From a bacterium (lineage in GTDB: Bacteria; Hinthialibacterota; Hinthialibacteria; Hinthialibacterales; Hinthialibacteraceae): a stretch of 64,000 nt of DNA. The stretch covers positions 1,120,001 to 1,184,000 of the forward strand of contig CAXXMV010000001.1 of NCBI GenBank assembly GCA_963662285.2. Reading direction: 5' to 3'. The position numbers and the translations under genes are program-made. The notes below the pieces were generated by a model. That model did no database searches, was not told the origin of the DNA, and saw only the letters and a program-made list of their open reading frames with translations. Shown here in pieces: positions 10,280-20,588 of the stretch. Numbering within the stretch: position 1 is the stretch's first letter; each line of letters begins with the position of its first letter.

Positions 10280-11386
10280 ATGGAATTGACATCCGAAGAA
10301 CGTTTATTAAGAACCTTAAATAGAGAACCAGTGGATCGCGTCCCGGTATCCACTTATGAACTGATTCCTTTCGGCGGCGATCCCTGGTATGAATCTCAGC
10401 CCAGTTATCAGAACTTACTGAATATCATCGCAGAAAAAACCGATATTCTTTTCATGTGGGAATCTCCAGCAATCAATCAACTTCAGTGGCATGAAGAGAC
10501 CTCTAAATGGAGTGAAGGCCAGAGCAACTTTGAGCGCTATACCCTCCATACTCCCAAAGGCGACCTCACACGAGTAACCCGCAGGGATAATAATATTCAT
10601 ACCACCTGGACAGTTGAACCATTACTTAAAACGCTTGATGATTTGGCGCACTACTATGAACTGCCCTGGGAATTCAGTGGAGTTGATATGAGCGGATTTG
10701 AACGCTCAAAAGCAAAACTGGGCAACCGGGGAATCATGTTATGCGATACATTAGACCCTATATGCGCTATGGCTTATGGATTCGGCATGGAAGAATTTCT
10801 TATCCTGGCCTGGAGAGACCGGGATACGCTGAAGAAATACATGGATGTAGTGTTGGAGCGCCTGCTGATTGAAATTGAAGAAAAACTAAAAAAAGGCGCC
10901 GGGCCGCTGTGGCGCATATACGGTCCGGAATACGCCACGCCGCCCTACCTTCCATCTGACGCTTTCCGCGAACTGGTAGTAGCCTATGACAAACCGATAG
11001 TAGATTTGATTCATAAATATGGCGGTTTCGTCCGCCTGCACTCACATGGACGCGTTTCTCAATTAATGGAACTTTTTATTGAAATTGGCGCTGATGCGAT
11101 TGATCCGCTTGAACCTTCTCCACAGGGAGACGTAGACCTGGCGCAAATAAAGAAGCGCTATGGCGGTCAATTGATCCTTTTTGGAAACATTGAACTTTCA
11201 TTTCTTGAATGTTGGGATGAAGATCAAATTGAGGATTATGTTAAAAAGTCCATTGACGATGCCGCCGAAGGCGGCGGGTATGTCATCATGCCAACCGCCT
11301 CTCCGATAAACTCTCCGATATGGGAAAAGACAGAGCAAAACTATTATCGTTTTATTGAGGCTGCTCTGAAATACGGGCAATATTAA
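10280..11386 (+). CDS. Uroporphyrinogen decarboxylase (URO-D/MtaA-like) family protein
   Basis: LTSEERLL...EPVDRVPV, LHSHG, IDPLEP..GDVDL, GGGY motifs. Confidence 0.85.
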   Translation: MELTSEERLLRTLNREPVDRVPVSTYELIPFGGDPWYESQPSYQNLLNIIAEKTDILFMWESPAINQLQWHEETSKWSEGQSNFERYTLHTPKGDLTRVTRRDNNIHTTWTVEPLLKTLDDLAHYYELPWEFSGVDMSGFERSKAKLGNRGIMLCDTLDPICAMAYGFGMEEFLILAWRDRDTLKKYMDVVLERLLIEIEEKLKKGAGPLWRIYGPEYATPPYLPSDAFRELVVAYDKPIVDLIHKYGGFVRLHSHGRVSQLMELFIEIGADAIDPLEPSPQGDVDLAQIKKRYGGQLILFGNIELSFLECWDEDQIEDYVKKSIDDAAEGGGYVIMPTASPINSPIWEKTEQNYYRFIEAALKYGQY

Positions 11387-11628
11387 TAATATTTTTAATA
11401 TTTTCAAAAATATCAAATTCGCCAGTTTTGCGCACTACCATGTTTGTATCTGGAAGATAAAATTTTTTCAGGTGGTTTTTTTTAGAATCGCTTCAGATAT
11501 AACTTCGCGTATTCACTATTTTTTATAAACCACGGTAATTTCAAGTTTTTGACAGCATACCCAATCCCGGCGCCCGGCGCTAATTATTTCTTATCTTTGC
11601 CGCCGCTGTTTAGAGGTTTTTCTTTCCT

Positions 11629-13041
11629 ATGACAAAGCATTGGAAACTGATAGTCGCCACGATTATTCCTTTATTGATTATGTTAATGCCCTCATCGTGG
11701 CTGCCGATTGAGATATCGATTATCGAACATCGGGTATTGGCGATTTTCGTCTTGGCATGTCTCTATTGGGTTTTGGAGCCGATCCCGGTTTACGCCACAT
11801 CGCTGCTGGTGATTCTGCTGGAACTGGTGATGATATCGGATAAAAGTTTTATTCTGTTCCAAGGTGATAAGGGAGACGTCTCATTTGGCTCGGTTCTGCA
11901 TTATACCGATATCATGGCCACCTTTTCGTCTCCCATAATTTTGTTGTTTTTGGGAGGCTTCTTTCTGGCCATGGCGACCAGCAAGTACCGGCTGGATATA
12001 AATCTGGCCCGGATAATGTTAAAGCCGTTTGGAACAAATCCCAAATATATCATGCTGGGATTAATGATTATCACCGCTGTGTTTTCCATGTTTATGAGCA
12101 ATACCGCCACCACCGCCATGATGTTTGCTGTTCTGACTCCGGTTTTGAAATCGTTCGAAAAAGGCGATCCGGGACGATCCGCCTTTATTTTAGCGATTCC
12201 TTTCGCCGCCAATGTCGGCGGTATTGGAACGCCGATTGGAACGCCCCCTAACGCCATTGGCTTAAAATACCTCATCAATGATTCCTCCATCTCATTTGGC
12301 TTGTGGATGTCCTTCGCAGTTCCTTATGTGATTGTTTTAATGCTTTTCACCTGGTTGCTTCTAGTTTTTCTTTTTCCAATTCGCACTAAAGAAATTCACA
12401 TAGAACTTAAAGGAAAATTCCTAACCCACTGGCGGGCCATGACGCTCTATATCACCTTTGGCGTTACTGTGGTATTATGGTTAAGCGGTTCATTACACGG
12501 CATGAATTCTTATATTGTGGCCATGATCCCGGTAGTTGTCTTCTCTATGACCCAGGTAATCACGGTTGAGGATTTAAAGCGCATCAGCTGGGATGTATTA
12601 TGGCTGGTTGCTGGAGGCATCGCATTAGGTTTGGGATTGGAAAAGAGCGGTTTATCGAGGAATCTTATCGAGAATATCCCCTTTGAAGTACTGTCGCCAT
12701 ATATGATATTATTGCTTTGTACGGTAGTGACCTTTATGATGGCTAATTTCATGTCGCATACCGCTACGGCCAACTTGTTGATGCCGATCGTCGCGGCATT
12801 GGGAACTAGTTTGTCGAGTTTACAGCCTTTAGGCGGAGGTCCGATGTTGATCCTGGCAGTAACTTTCGCGGCGTCGCTATCCATGACGCTTCCCATCAGC
12901 ACTCCACCCAATGCCATTGCCTATGCCAGTGGCATGGTAAATACGGCAGAGATGAGAAAATCTGGTTTAATAATCGGTCTCGTTGGACTGCTGGGCGTTT
13001 ATCTGTTAATGTTTATCCTGAAAACGATTGGATTCTTTTAA
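11629..13041 (+). CDS. SLC13/DASS family anion permease
   Basis: MSNTATTAMM, GTPIGTPPNAI, LPISTPPNAIAY. Confidence 0.93.
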   Translation: MTKHWKLIVATIIPLLIMLMPSSWLPIEISIIEHRVLAIFVLACLYWVLEPIPVYATSLLVILLELVMISDKSFILFQGDKGDVSFGSVLHYTDIMATFSSPIILLFLGGFFLAMATSKYRLDINLARIMLKPFGTNPKYIMLGLMIITAVFSMFMSNTATTAMMFAVLTPVLKSFEKGDPGRSAFILAIPFAANVGGIGTPIGTPPNAIGLKYLINDSSISFGLWMSFAVPYVIVLMLFTWLLLVFLFPIRTKEIHIELKGKFLTHWRAMTLYITFGVTVVLWLSGSLHGMNSYIVAMIPVVVFSMTQVITVEDLKRISWDVLWLVAGGIALGLGLEKSGLSRNLIENIPFEVLSPYMILLLCTVVTFMMANFMSHTATANLLMPIVAALGTSLSSLQPLGGGPMLILAVTFAASLSMTLPISTPPNAIAYASGMVNTAEMRKSGLIIGLVGLLGVYLLMFILKTIGFF

Positions 13042-13141
13042 GGTAATAGTAAAATAAATACGTCTTTCTTAATATTGGTTAATGATGGCATCACCCAATG
13101 TTGAATGTGAATAAAAACTATACTATTCGAGAACCACTCCA

Positions 13142-14524
13142 ATGAAAGAAGAACCGGAGTCCTTTGTGTATTACCCTACCAATATGGGTTGGTTGATGAA
13201 GACCTATTTCTCTGATCCTGAAAAACGGATTAAACTGAAGAAAGGCGACTGCCTGATTCATGAGGGAGAACCCAATGAAAGATTGTTTCTCATTGTGAAA
13301 GGGGTTTTAAAGGGCAGTACGCGAACTCCAGACGGGGGGACGCTGGAAGCCTTCAAAGCGACCAGGAACCGTTTTGTCGGAGGCCCCAGTTTCTTCTCAA
13401 GATCGTTTACATCGCTAACCACAGTCATTGCGGATGAAGATAGCGAAGTGGCCTATATTGAACAGAATCAAGAAGTGATCAGTGATGGCCAGACTAATAG
13501 CATCGAAGAACAATTTATGCCGGTGATGGTAACAGAACTGGTTCATCGGCAGAATCGTATACAAAAAATTGGCTTGGAAAAAGAGAAAGCGCTTAAAGCG
13601 TTGATTCATTCAGAGAAATTGGCGACGCTGGGACAGATTTCCGCCGGGATTGCCCACGAATTGAATAACGCGGTTGCCGTGGTCAAACGTAATAGCGATT
13701 GGATCAGTCAAGCTATTGCTGGCTTGATGCGAGACACTTATCCCAACCAGGCGCCATACTTTGATTCCGGCATCAATGAAGGACGAAGGATTTCCACCCG
13801 CGAAGTCCGAAAAAGAGCGAAAGAACTGAACGAACATTTCTCGATCAGCAGAGAGACAGCGTTAAAAATCGCTCAAACCGGAATCAGCGATGAGAAACTG
13901 AAACGGATTAATGATTGGCGTGATACAGACATCGAAAAAATGACCAGCTTCTGGGAAATAGGCGCCACTCTTAACGATATGCTGGTTGCCGCAAATCATG
14001 CGGTTCATGTGGTTCAATCAATCAAAAATCTTGGCGCCCAAAGATCAGAACGTAAACCAGGCTTGGATATAAACGAATGCATCAATGAGGCAGTTACGCT
14101 TTTAACGAGTCCATTGAGAAAGATCACTCTCGAGACCGTTTTGGAGCCTCTACCCCTGATAATCGGCAATAAGGGTGAGATTGTTCAGGTGATAATAAAT
14201 ATCTTGCAGAATGCTTGTGAAAGCATGTTATCCGCGGGAACGCCAAATTCTCTTGTATCCATAAGAACCAGATATGGCAACAACCGGATTCAAATTGATA
14301 TTGAAGATAATGGCCCTGGTATTCCTTCAAATATTTTACATCGCATTTTCGAACCGGCTATTACCACAAAAACAGGCGGCAAAACAATAGGACTAGGTTT
14401 GGGACTTACCATAGTAGAGCGATTAGTAGATAGTTACGGGGGAAAAATAAAAGCCAAAAGCAAACCGGGAAAAACGGTTTTTACAATACAACTACCGAGT
14501 GGAGTGGATTATGCAAAAACCTAG
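13142..14524 (+). CDS. Soluble histidine kinase with an N-terminal cNMP-binding domain
   Basis: cNMP-like N-terminus, GIAHELNN H-box, N-box, DNGPG and GLGLGL G-boxes. Confidence 0.9.
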   Translation: MKEEPESFVYYPTNMGWLMKTYFSDPEKRIKLKKGDCLIHEGEPNERLFLIVKGVLKGSTRTPDGGTLEAFKATRNRFVGGPSFFSRSFTSLTTVIADEDSEVAYIEQNQEVISDGQTNSIEEQFMPVMVTELVHRQNRIQKIGLEKEKALKALIHSEKLATLGQISAGIAHELNNAVAVVKRNSDWISQAIAGLMRDTYPNQAPYFDSGINEGRRISTREVRKRAKELNEHFSISRETALKIAQTGISDEKLKRINDWRDTDIEKMTSFWEIGATLNDMLVAANHAVHVVQSIKNLGAQRSERKPGLDINECINEAVTLLTSPLRKITLETVLEPLPLIIGNKGEIVQVIINILQNACESMLSAGTPNSLVSIRTRYGNNRIQIDIEDNGPGIPSNILHRIFEPAITTKTGGKTIGLGLGLTIVERLVDSYGGKIKAKSKPGKTVFTIQLPSGVDYAKT

Positions 14525-14993
14525 CATCATCATCGTAGATGACCAACGGGATGTCTTGACTGCGATTAGAAAAGATTTATCCCCATTTGAAGAATTTTTT
14601 GTTCTGGAAGAATGCGAATCGGCGGGTGAAGCGATGGATGTATTGGAAGACCTGGACGCCGCAGGAAATATGGTGGTTCTGATTATTTGCGATCATATTA
14701 TGGCGGAGCAAAATGGAGTGGATTTTCTTATAGAACTTAAAAATGACGACCGTTTCAAATCTATCAAGAAATTGCTATTGACCGGCTTAGCAACTCATAA
14801 AGACACTATTGCCGCAATAAATATGGCCTGCATCGACCGGTATATTGAAAAACCATGGGATCCTGAAGGTTTGCTCGAAAACGTCAAAGTTCTTGTCACT
14901 CAATTTCTACTGCATTCCGGCGTTGATCATCAGCCATTCCTGCCAATTATGGATCAGGAAACGCTTTATCAGGAAATGCAGAACCGCACTTGA
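14511..14993 (+). CDS. Single-domain response regulator
   Basis: IIVDD, ICDHIM phospho-Asp, LLTG, YIEKPW; overlaps the kinase stop. Confidence 0.9.
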   Translation: MQKPSIIIVDDQRDVLTAIRKDLSPFEEFFVLEECESAGEAMDVLEDLDAAGNMVVLIICDHIMAEQNGVDFLIELKNDDRFKSIKKLLLTGLATHKDTIAAINMACIDRYIEKPWDPEGLLENVKVLVTQFLLHSGVDHQPFLPIMDQETLYQEMQNRT

Positions 14994-15001
14994 ATCGACC
15001 T

Positions 15002-15976
15002 TTATCTTCGCCGTCCTCTTCCACGGGTAACCATTCGTGGGGAATTAAACTTTATCGATTCCTCGAACTCCTCAGGGAAGGGGTCCTCTTCAATAACCTT
15101 AAAGTTAATTTTGGGTTGTTCTTTAATTTCAGGTTGTTCTGTATTTTCTGGGTATTCATCGATTAGCGGTTGTTCTATTACGGCAGGTTGTTCTTTTATT
15201 TCTGCTTTTGTTGCTTTGATGTTGGGATTTTTTTGCGCCATCTCTGCAATAATTTTGTTCAGCGCTTTTATAACCTGACGTTTATTAGCAATGACTTTAT
15301 CAATATGCTCCACTTCGTCCAGTTGGTCTAACAATGATTTTCTTAGTATGTGAATATTCGCAATATTAACGCTCGATGATTTATGTTTATTAATCCTGCT
15401 ATCAATCTCATTACCTGTGAGTTCTTTGATTCGATCATGAACCATTTGAATGGTTTCTGAATCTTCGGAGTCATGGGCCATGTTGATTATCTTGTCGATA
15501 AGAATTCTTTTGCTCTCTTCAAGTATCATTACCTCGTCAGAGAGGGCGGATTTCCAATTTTGCACAAGAGTTGACCGTTTCAGGATAACGCTTTGCTGTA
15601 AAGCAATCAGCGCTGACAGTTTATTGGCGTGAATTGATCTCAGATGAAGCAGTTCCCGGTTAAGAGAATTCAAGAGAAGAGGAGATTTGTTATTTTTAAT
15701 CTCAGTTTCCAATTGAGATATCTTTTGAAGGGCTGGATTTTGTTCAAGTTCATTAATGCGTTGCAAGTGAAGATCAATGGATAACACAATTTCTTCTGTC
15801 TCGTTTTGATAAGAAGCCAGACGTTTGTATGCTAGATTAACTTTCGGGCTAAACAGTTCAGAAGGCACGGAGATATCTTGCAAGATAGCATTGGTGTTCT
15901 TTATCTCGCCAGTGATTACGCCAAGAATATCCTGGTGATGACTATAGGCGTATTTTTGAAGATGGTCTGATCTCAT
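15002..15976 (-). CDS. Hypothetical coiled-coil protein
   Basis: 324 aa ORF, heptad-rich, acidic/Pro tail with a basic end. Confidence 0.6.
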   Translation of the reverse strand: MRSDHLQKYAYSHHQDILGVITGEIKNTNAILQDISVPSELFSPKVNLAYKRLASYQNETEEIVLSIDLHLQRINELEQNPALQKISQLETEIKNNKSPLLLNSLNRELLHLRSIHANKLSALIALQQSVILKRSTLVQNWKSALSDEVMILEESKRILIDKIINMAHDSEDSETIQMVHDRIKELTGNEIDSRINKHKSSSVNIANIHILRKSLLDQLDEVEHIDKVIANKRQVIKALNKIIAEMAQKNPNIKATKAEIKEQPAVIEQPLIDEYPENTEQPEIKEQPKINFKVIEEDPFPEEFEESIKFNSPRMVTRGRGRRR

Positions 15977-16181
15977 AATAGTAAATTGTAAACATTTATA
16001 ATGGATAATTATGCGTATAAATTTAATAAAATAAAGAGAATAAATACGATATTGTTAAATATACGTATAAATAATGCGTATACGTTTAATGTTATCATCA
16101 ACTACAAACAGTTCTTAAATTGTACAGTACGGCTAAAATAGATTTTTACCAGATATAACCTCAGAAAACATGGATTAAGAT

Positions 16182-17534
16182 ATGAAATACTATATTCAAT
16201 CATTCGGCTGTCAGATGAACGTTTACGATACAAAATCTCTAATGGGATTACTGAATTCCGCCGGACACGTATTTACAGACAATCTTAAAGAAGCCGAAAT
16301 GATATTACTGAATACTTGCGCAATAAGAGAAGGCGCAGAAGAACGGGTGCGCGGTCGCATTGGTGAGCTGAAGCGCTTAAAAAAACAAGGCTCTTTAAGA
16401 TATTTAGGCGTTTGCGGCTGCATGGGACAAAAAGAAGGAAATCGCTTGACCGATTCGGCTTCTCATCTTGATCTGGTTATGGGGCCTGGCGCCATAGGTA
16501 ATATTGTGAACTTGGTTGACCGTATTATGCAGGGCGAGCGCCCCGTAATTGATATAACTGGAATTGACGATGAGTACGACGAGATACCTCCTTTGGAAAC
16601 TGACGAGGTATCATATCCACGCTTTGTATCGGTAATGATGGGATGCGATAAAAGGTGCACTTATTGCATTGTTCCTTATACTAGAGGAGGAGAACGCTCC
16701 CGTAATCCTCAGATTATACTAAAAGAAGTAGAAAGTTTGGCGCAAAAAGGATTTAGAGAAATAACCCTGATTGGTCAAACGGTAAATTCTTATCAATATC
16801 AGGACGTTAATTTTGCCAAATTGCTGGAAATGACCAATGATATCCCCGGCATCCAGCGAATTCGTTTTGCCACTTCGCATCCCGGTTCGGTCACTCGTGA
16901 GATGTTGGACGCTATATGTAGTTTGGATCGAGTATGTGAACAACTACATTTGCCCATTCAATCAGGCAGCAACCGAATATTAAATGGGATGGCGCGTAAT
17001 TATACGCGCGAGGAATATATAGATAATATCAATTATTTCCGGGATTTGTTTAAGGATTCGCAAACGCCTATATCTGTAACTACGGATATAATTGTCGGTT
17101 TTCCGGGCGAGACGGAAGAAGATTTTGAACAGACCATGGAACTAATGCGTCAAATACGTTTTGATGCGGCCTATATGTTCAAATTTTCCGCACGGCGGGG
17201 TACTCCAGCGGCGACAATGCCTGACCAGATATCTGAAATGATCAAATCAAGTAGATTGGATCGCCTCATAAAACAGCAACAGGGTATCGCCCGTGAATTA
17301 AATGATACCCAACTGGGAAAAAATGTTGAAGTTATGGTGGAGCGGGTATGCGACACGCAAAACCGGGGCGAATTTTATGAAGCGCGTATGCGCACCGGCC
17401 GGGTAGTGAAATTTGATAAGTCTTCTGATCTTTACAAATGCGGTGATATATTGGAAGTTAATATAGAAGATTGTACGGCCTATGCATTATTTGGAAAACC
17501 AGTGAAAAAAGGTGGAGAAGTTCATGCAGCGTAA
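16182..17534 (+). CDS. miaB: tRNA-2-methylthio-N6-dimethylallyladenosine synthase
   Basis: SFGCQMN UPF0004 domain, CDKRCTYC radical SAM motif, TRAM C-terminus. Confidence 0.95.
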   Translation: MKYYIQSFGCQMNVYDTKSLMGLLNSAGHVFTDNLKEAEMILLNTCAIREGAEERVRGRIGELKRLKKQGSLRYLGVCGCMGQKEGNRLTDSASHLDLVMGPGAIGNIVNLVDRIMQGERPVIDITGIDDEYDEIPPLETDEVSYPRFVSVMMGCDKRCTYCIVPYTRGGERSRNPQIILKEVESLAQKGFREITLIGQTVNSYQYQDVNFAKLLEMTNDIPGIQRIRFATSHPGSVTREMLDAICSLDRVCEQLHLPIQSGSNRILNGMARNYTREEYIDNINYFRDLFKDSQTPISVTTDIIVGFPGETEEDFEQTMELMRQIRFDAAYMFKFSARRGTPAATMPDQISEMIKSSRLDRLIKQQQGIARELNDTQLGKNVEVMVERVCDTQNRGEFYEARMRTGRVVKFDKSSDLYKCGDILEVNIEDCTAYALFGKPVKKGGEVHAA

Positions 17535-18369
17535 TACTTGTCTCTCTCGTTTTTTACTTAGCGGACTATTGATTTTTATTATAAGTGGTTTATCTGCTTG
17601 GAGATGTGAAGCGCAGTCTCTCGGCGCTTTTCGTCAGAACTACGATCCCAGAACCAAAAGTTCGATTGAAAAAATGCAGCGATTGTTGATCATAGGAGAC
17701 CTGGAAGAAGCGCAAAACCAGTTAAAACGAATTGTCGATGGAGTAGGATATATCTATCCATTGGCCAAGATATTCTATCAACTTGCTCAGAATGATACGG
17801 ATGGAGTGGTTTTGGCGAAACGGTATATCTCCATCGTCGATCACTGGCCGGACTCAGCCTGGGCGCAAAAGTCGGTGGTGGAACTGATCCCACTGATTTT
17901 GATGAGCGATGGAGAATTGTGCAAGCAAGAAGAATCTATTATATGGAACAATCAGGCCAATTTACTCGCTGCTTCACAAGACGCCGCTGAAGTGGGCGAT
18001 ACGCCGCAAGACCTGATATCCGATGTTTATCTGCAACTGCTTCATTTAGCTCATTTTCGTATAGACTCACCCCGCGTTAATTCCCTGATCCAACAAATCC
18101 CGTCTCGCGCTGAACCTTACCGCGATCAGATTGAATTAGCATCAGCTTATGCTTTACTGCGTACTGAAAAAATCGGCGGGAAAGAGAAATCCAGGGCGGC
18201 TTTTGATCAGTGGCTTGATAAGTATAAAGAATCAAACTTTCGTCCATTAGCATTGTACGCCTTGTTTTTATCCTCAGACAATGAGGCTCAAGTGGATCAA
18301 GCATGGAGCCGTCTGGTGGAAGAATATTACGATAGCATCGAAGCAATATATGCGCGATCCAATCTATAA
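17524..18369 (+). CDS. Secreted helical (TPR-like) hypothetical protein
   Basis: Signal peptide, helical repeats; start overlaps the miaB end. Confidence 0.6.
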   Translation: MQRNTCLSRFLLSGLLIFIISGLSAWRCEAQSLGAFRQNYDPRTKSSIEKMQRLLIIGDLEEAQNQLKRIVDGVGYIYPLAKIFYQLAQNDTDGVVLAKRYISIVDHWPDSAWAQKSVVELIPLILMSDGELCKQEESIIWNNQANLLAASQDAAEVGDTPQDLISDVYLQLLHLAHFRIDSPRVNSLIQQIPSRAEPYRDQIELASAYALLRTEKIGGKEKSRAAFDQWLDKYKESNFRPLALYALFLSSDNEAQVDQAWSRLVEEYYDSIEAIYARSNL

Positions 18370-18423
18370 TTCTCATCAAATCTCTATGAGATGCAAAGAA
18401 TTACCCAAAACCTTACCCGCTCC

Positions 18424-18452
18424 TTGACTGTATATAGTTCGGCAGCTATCCT
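18424..18452 (+). promoter_or_regulatory. Putative sigma70 promoter of rplM-rpsI
   Basis: TTGACT-17 bp-TATCCT. Confidence 0.55.
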
Positions 18453-18497
18453 TATTAGCTCGTTTGCATGCAATTTCCCTGTAAGACAGGTAGGATA

Positions 18498-18935
18498 ATG
18501 AAAACCCATATTGCTACACAAAAAGAAATTAATGAGACGCATGCCTTTCATCTGATCGACGCCGATGGCGTTGTTCTTGGACGATTGGCCACTACGGTTG
18601 CGGTGCTTCTTCGCGGTAAACATAAACCTATTTTTACTCCATTCCTGGATACTGGCGACCATGTAATTATCGTCAATGCGGAGAAGATAGTGCTAACCGG
18701 TAACAAGCTTGAAAACAAGAAGGTTATTCATCACACCACTTATCCCGGCGGATTTCGTGAAAAGAAATATCGTCTTGCTATGGAAGATGAACCCGATCAG
18801 GTGATCAAGAAGGCGATTTGGGGAATGCTCCCCAAGAATCGTTTGGGGCGGAAAATGTTAAAGAAGCTGCGGATATATCGCGGTTCGAATCATCCACATT
18901 CTGCGGCGCAACCCACTCCATTCGAGATTAAGTAA
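18498..18935 (+). CDS. rplM: 50S ribosomal protein L13
   Basis: DADGVVLGRLA..LRGKHKP.FTP..DTGD; GMLPKNRLGR; HPHSAAQP. Confidence 0.98.
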   Translation: MKTHIATQKEINETHAFHLIDADGVVLGRLATTVAVLLRGKHKPIFTPFLDTGDHVIIVNAEKIVLTGNKLENKKVIHHTTYPGGFREKKYRLAMEDEPDQVIKKAIWGMLPKNRLGRKMLKKLRIYRGSNHPHSAAQPTPFEIK

Positions 18936-18950
18936 AGGAGATAATTGGTG

Positions 18951-19346
18951 ATGGCTGGTAAGCATATAGCATACGGAACCGGACGAAGAAAATGCTCAGT
19001 AGCTCGAGTTTATTTGAAGAACGGTACCGGAGAAATTATTATCAATGGCCGACCCTCAAGAGATTATCTGATGCGTGAAACGCTTCAGATGATTGTTGAG
19101 CAGCCTTTCGAAGTGACCGAGAGCAAAGGTAAATATGATATTTACGCTAATATTTGCGGCGGCGGTTTAACCGGACAAGCTGGCGCGCTTCGTCATGGCA
19201 TTTCACGCGCCTTGATTGCCTTAGACCTCAAATTGAGACCTACGCTGAAAAAAGCCGGGTTCCTCACGCGTGACCCGCGTATGGTCGAACGTAAGAAATA
19301 CGGTCGTCCCGGCGCGCGTAAACGCTTCCAGTTCTCCAAACGTTAA
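18951..19346 (+). CDS. rpsI: 30S ribosomal protein S9
   Basis: [34 protein letters not shown]; start may be GTG 18948. Confidence 0.98.
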   Translation: MAGKHIAYGTGRRKCSVARVYLKNGTGEIIINGRPSRDYLMRETLQMIVEQPFEVTESKGKYDIYANICGGGLTGQAGALRHGISRALIALDLKLRPTLKKAGFLTRDPRMVERKKYGRPGARKRFQFSKR

Positions 19347-19377
19347 TTTTGGCGATACTACAAACTTATTGAGATTC

Positions 19378-19406
19378 AAGGGGTTAGATATTCATCTAAC
19401 CCCTTT
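19378..19406 (+). terminator. Intrinsic terminator after rpsI
   Basis: AAGGGGTTAGAT-ATTC-ATCTAACCCCTT followed by T-rich sequence. Confidence 0.75.
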
Positions 19407-19532
19407 TCCTCGTTTTAAGGAATTTCACGAATTATTGCATGTATAAGAGAGATTGATTCACCAATTGGCATCAAACGTTTATCCGCCAAGACAGGAGTCT
19501 TGAAATCATACGCCTATTTCCGGCTGCTGCTA

Positions 19533-20567
19533 TCAAGGAGCGATTAGAGCTTTTATGACTCCATCTGCTTTGAAGTGCGCCATTTGGAAGGCGTCTCCGA
19601 TTTCGTTTAGGGGGAAGGTGTGGGTAGCCAGTGGTTGCAGGTCTAGCAAGCCTTCTGAAACCATGCGGATTGATTCGGGGTAATTCTTGGGTAAAGAGCG
19701 GCGCACCTGTTGGATTAGAAGTTCTTTGCGTCGCGCTGCGGTGAAGTCTATCGGCATGGCGCCTTGGGGATAAATGCCGATGATGCATACCATCCCGCCG
19801 GGGCGCGCTAATTCGAGCGCCATCTGGTATGATTCCGGTTCTCCCGCCGTCTCGAAGATATAGTCAGGGCCATAGGTTGTAGTCTTTTTAAGGTGTTCTT
19901 TGATCGGATCAATGTCATCGGGATTAAAGGCGAATGAACAACCAAGTTTATTGGCCATTTCGCGTCGCTCTTTGACCGGTTCGGTGATGAGGACGACATT
20001 CGCGCCTTGTTGCTGCAATACCAGCATGGTCAGCAGACCGACCGAACCGGCGCCCAGGATGGCGCAATTTTTGCCCCGCAGATCAGGGACCAGTTCAGCG
20101 GCATGAATAGCCACAGCCAGCGTCTCCAGTAATGGCCCGATATCATCAGGAACGTTATCGGGCATGAGGTATACATTCTCAATAGGCGCGGTAATAAATT
20201 CTGCGAAGGCGCCCTGGTATGGAGGAAAACCAGTGAATTTTACGCCGGGGCAGATATTAGGTCGCCCCGCCAGACAGAAAGGGCATACGCCGCAATGACG
20301 CGCGGGATCAACCGCAACCCTGGTTCCTACTGGAGGTGAACCAGCTACGTCGCAGGAGTCTTCGATGACGCCGCTGAATTCATGCCCCATTAGGAAAGGA
20401 TTAGTCAGAATCACTTCGCCGATGCGTCCTGATTCGTAGAAATGGATATCTGATCCGCATACCCCGGTGCGTTTGACGCGCACGATAATTTCGTTTTCGC
20501 CCGGTTGAGGCTGGTCTATATCTTGAATCTCGAATTGTCCCGGTGCAGTTAATAGAGCGGCTTTCAT
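19533..20567 (-). CDS. Zinc-dependent MDR dehydrogenase (sorbitol/L-iditol DH-like)
   Basis: GVCGSD, GHEFSG, CGVCPFC...C structural Zn site, GAGSVG. Confidence 0.9.
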   Translation of the reverse strand: MKAALLTAPGQFEIQDIDQPQPGENEIIVRVKRTGVCGSDIHFYESGRIGEVILTNPFLMGHEFSGVIEDSCDVAGSPPVGTRVAVDPARHCGVCPFCLAGRPNICPGVKFTGFPPYQGAFAEFITAPIENVYLMPDNVPDDIGPLLETLAVAIHAAELVPDLRGKNCAILGAGSVGLLTMLVLQQQGANVVLITEPVKERREMANKLGCSFAFNPDDIDPIKEHLKKTTTYGPDYIFETAGEPESYQMALELARPGGMVCIIGIYPQGAMPIDFTAARRKELLIQQVRRSLPKNYPESIRMVSEGLLDLQPLATHTFPLNEIGDAFQMAHFKADGVIKALIAP

Positions 20568-20588
20568 GTTAATTCCCTTTTATCTGTT

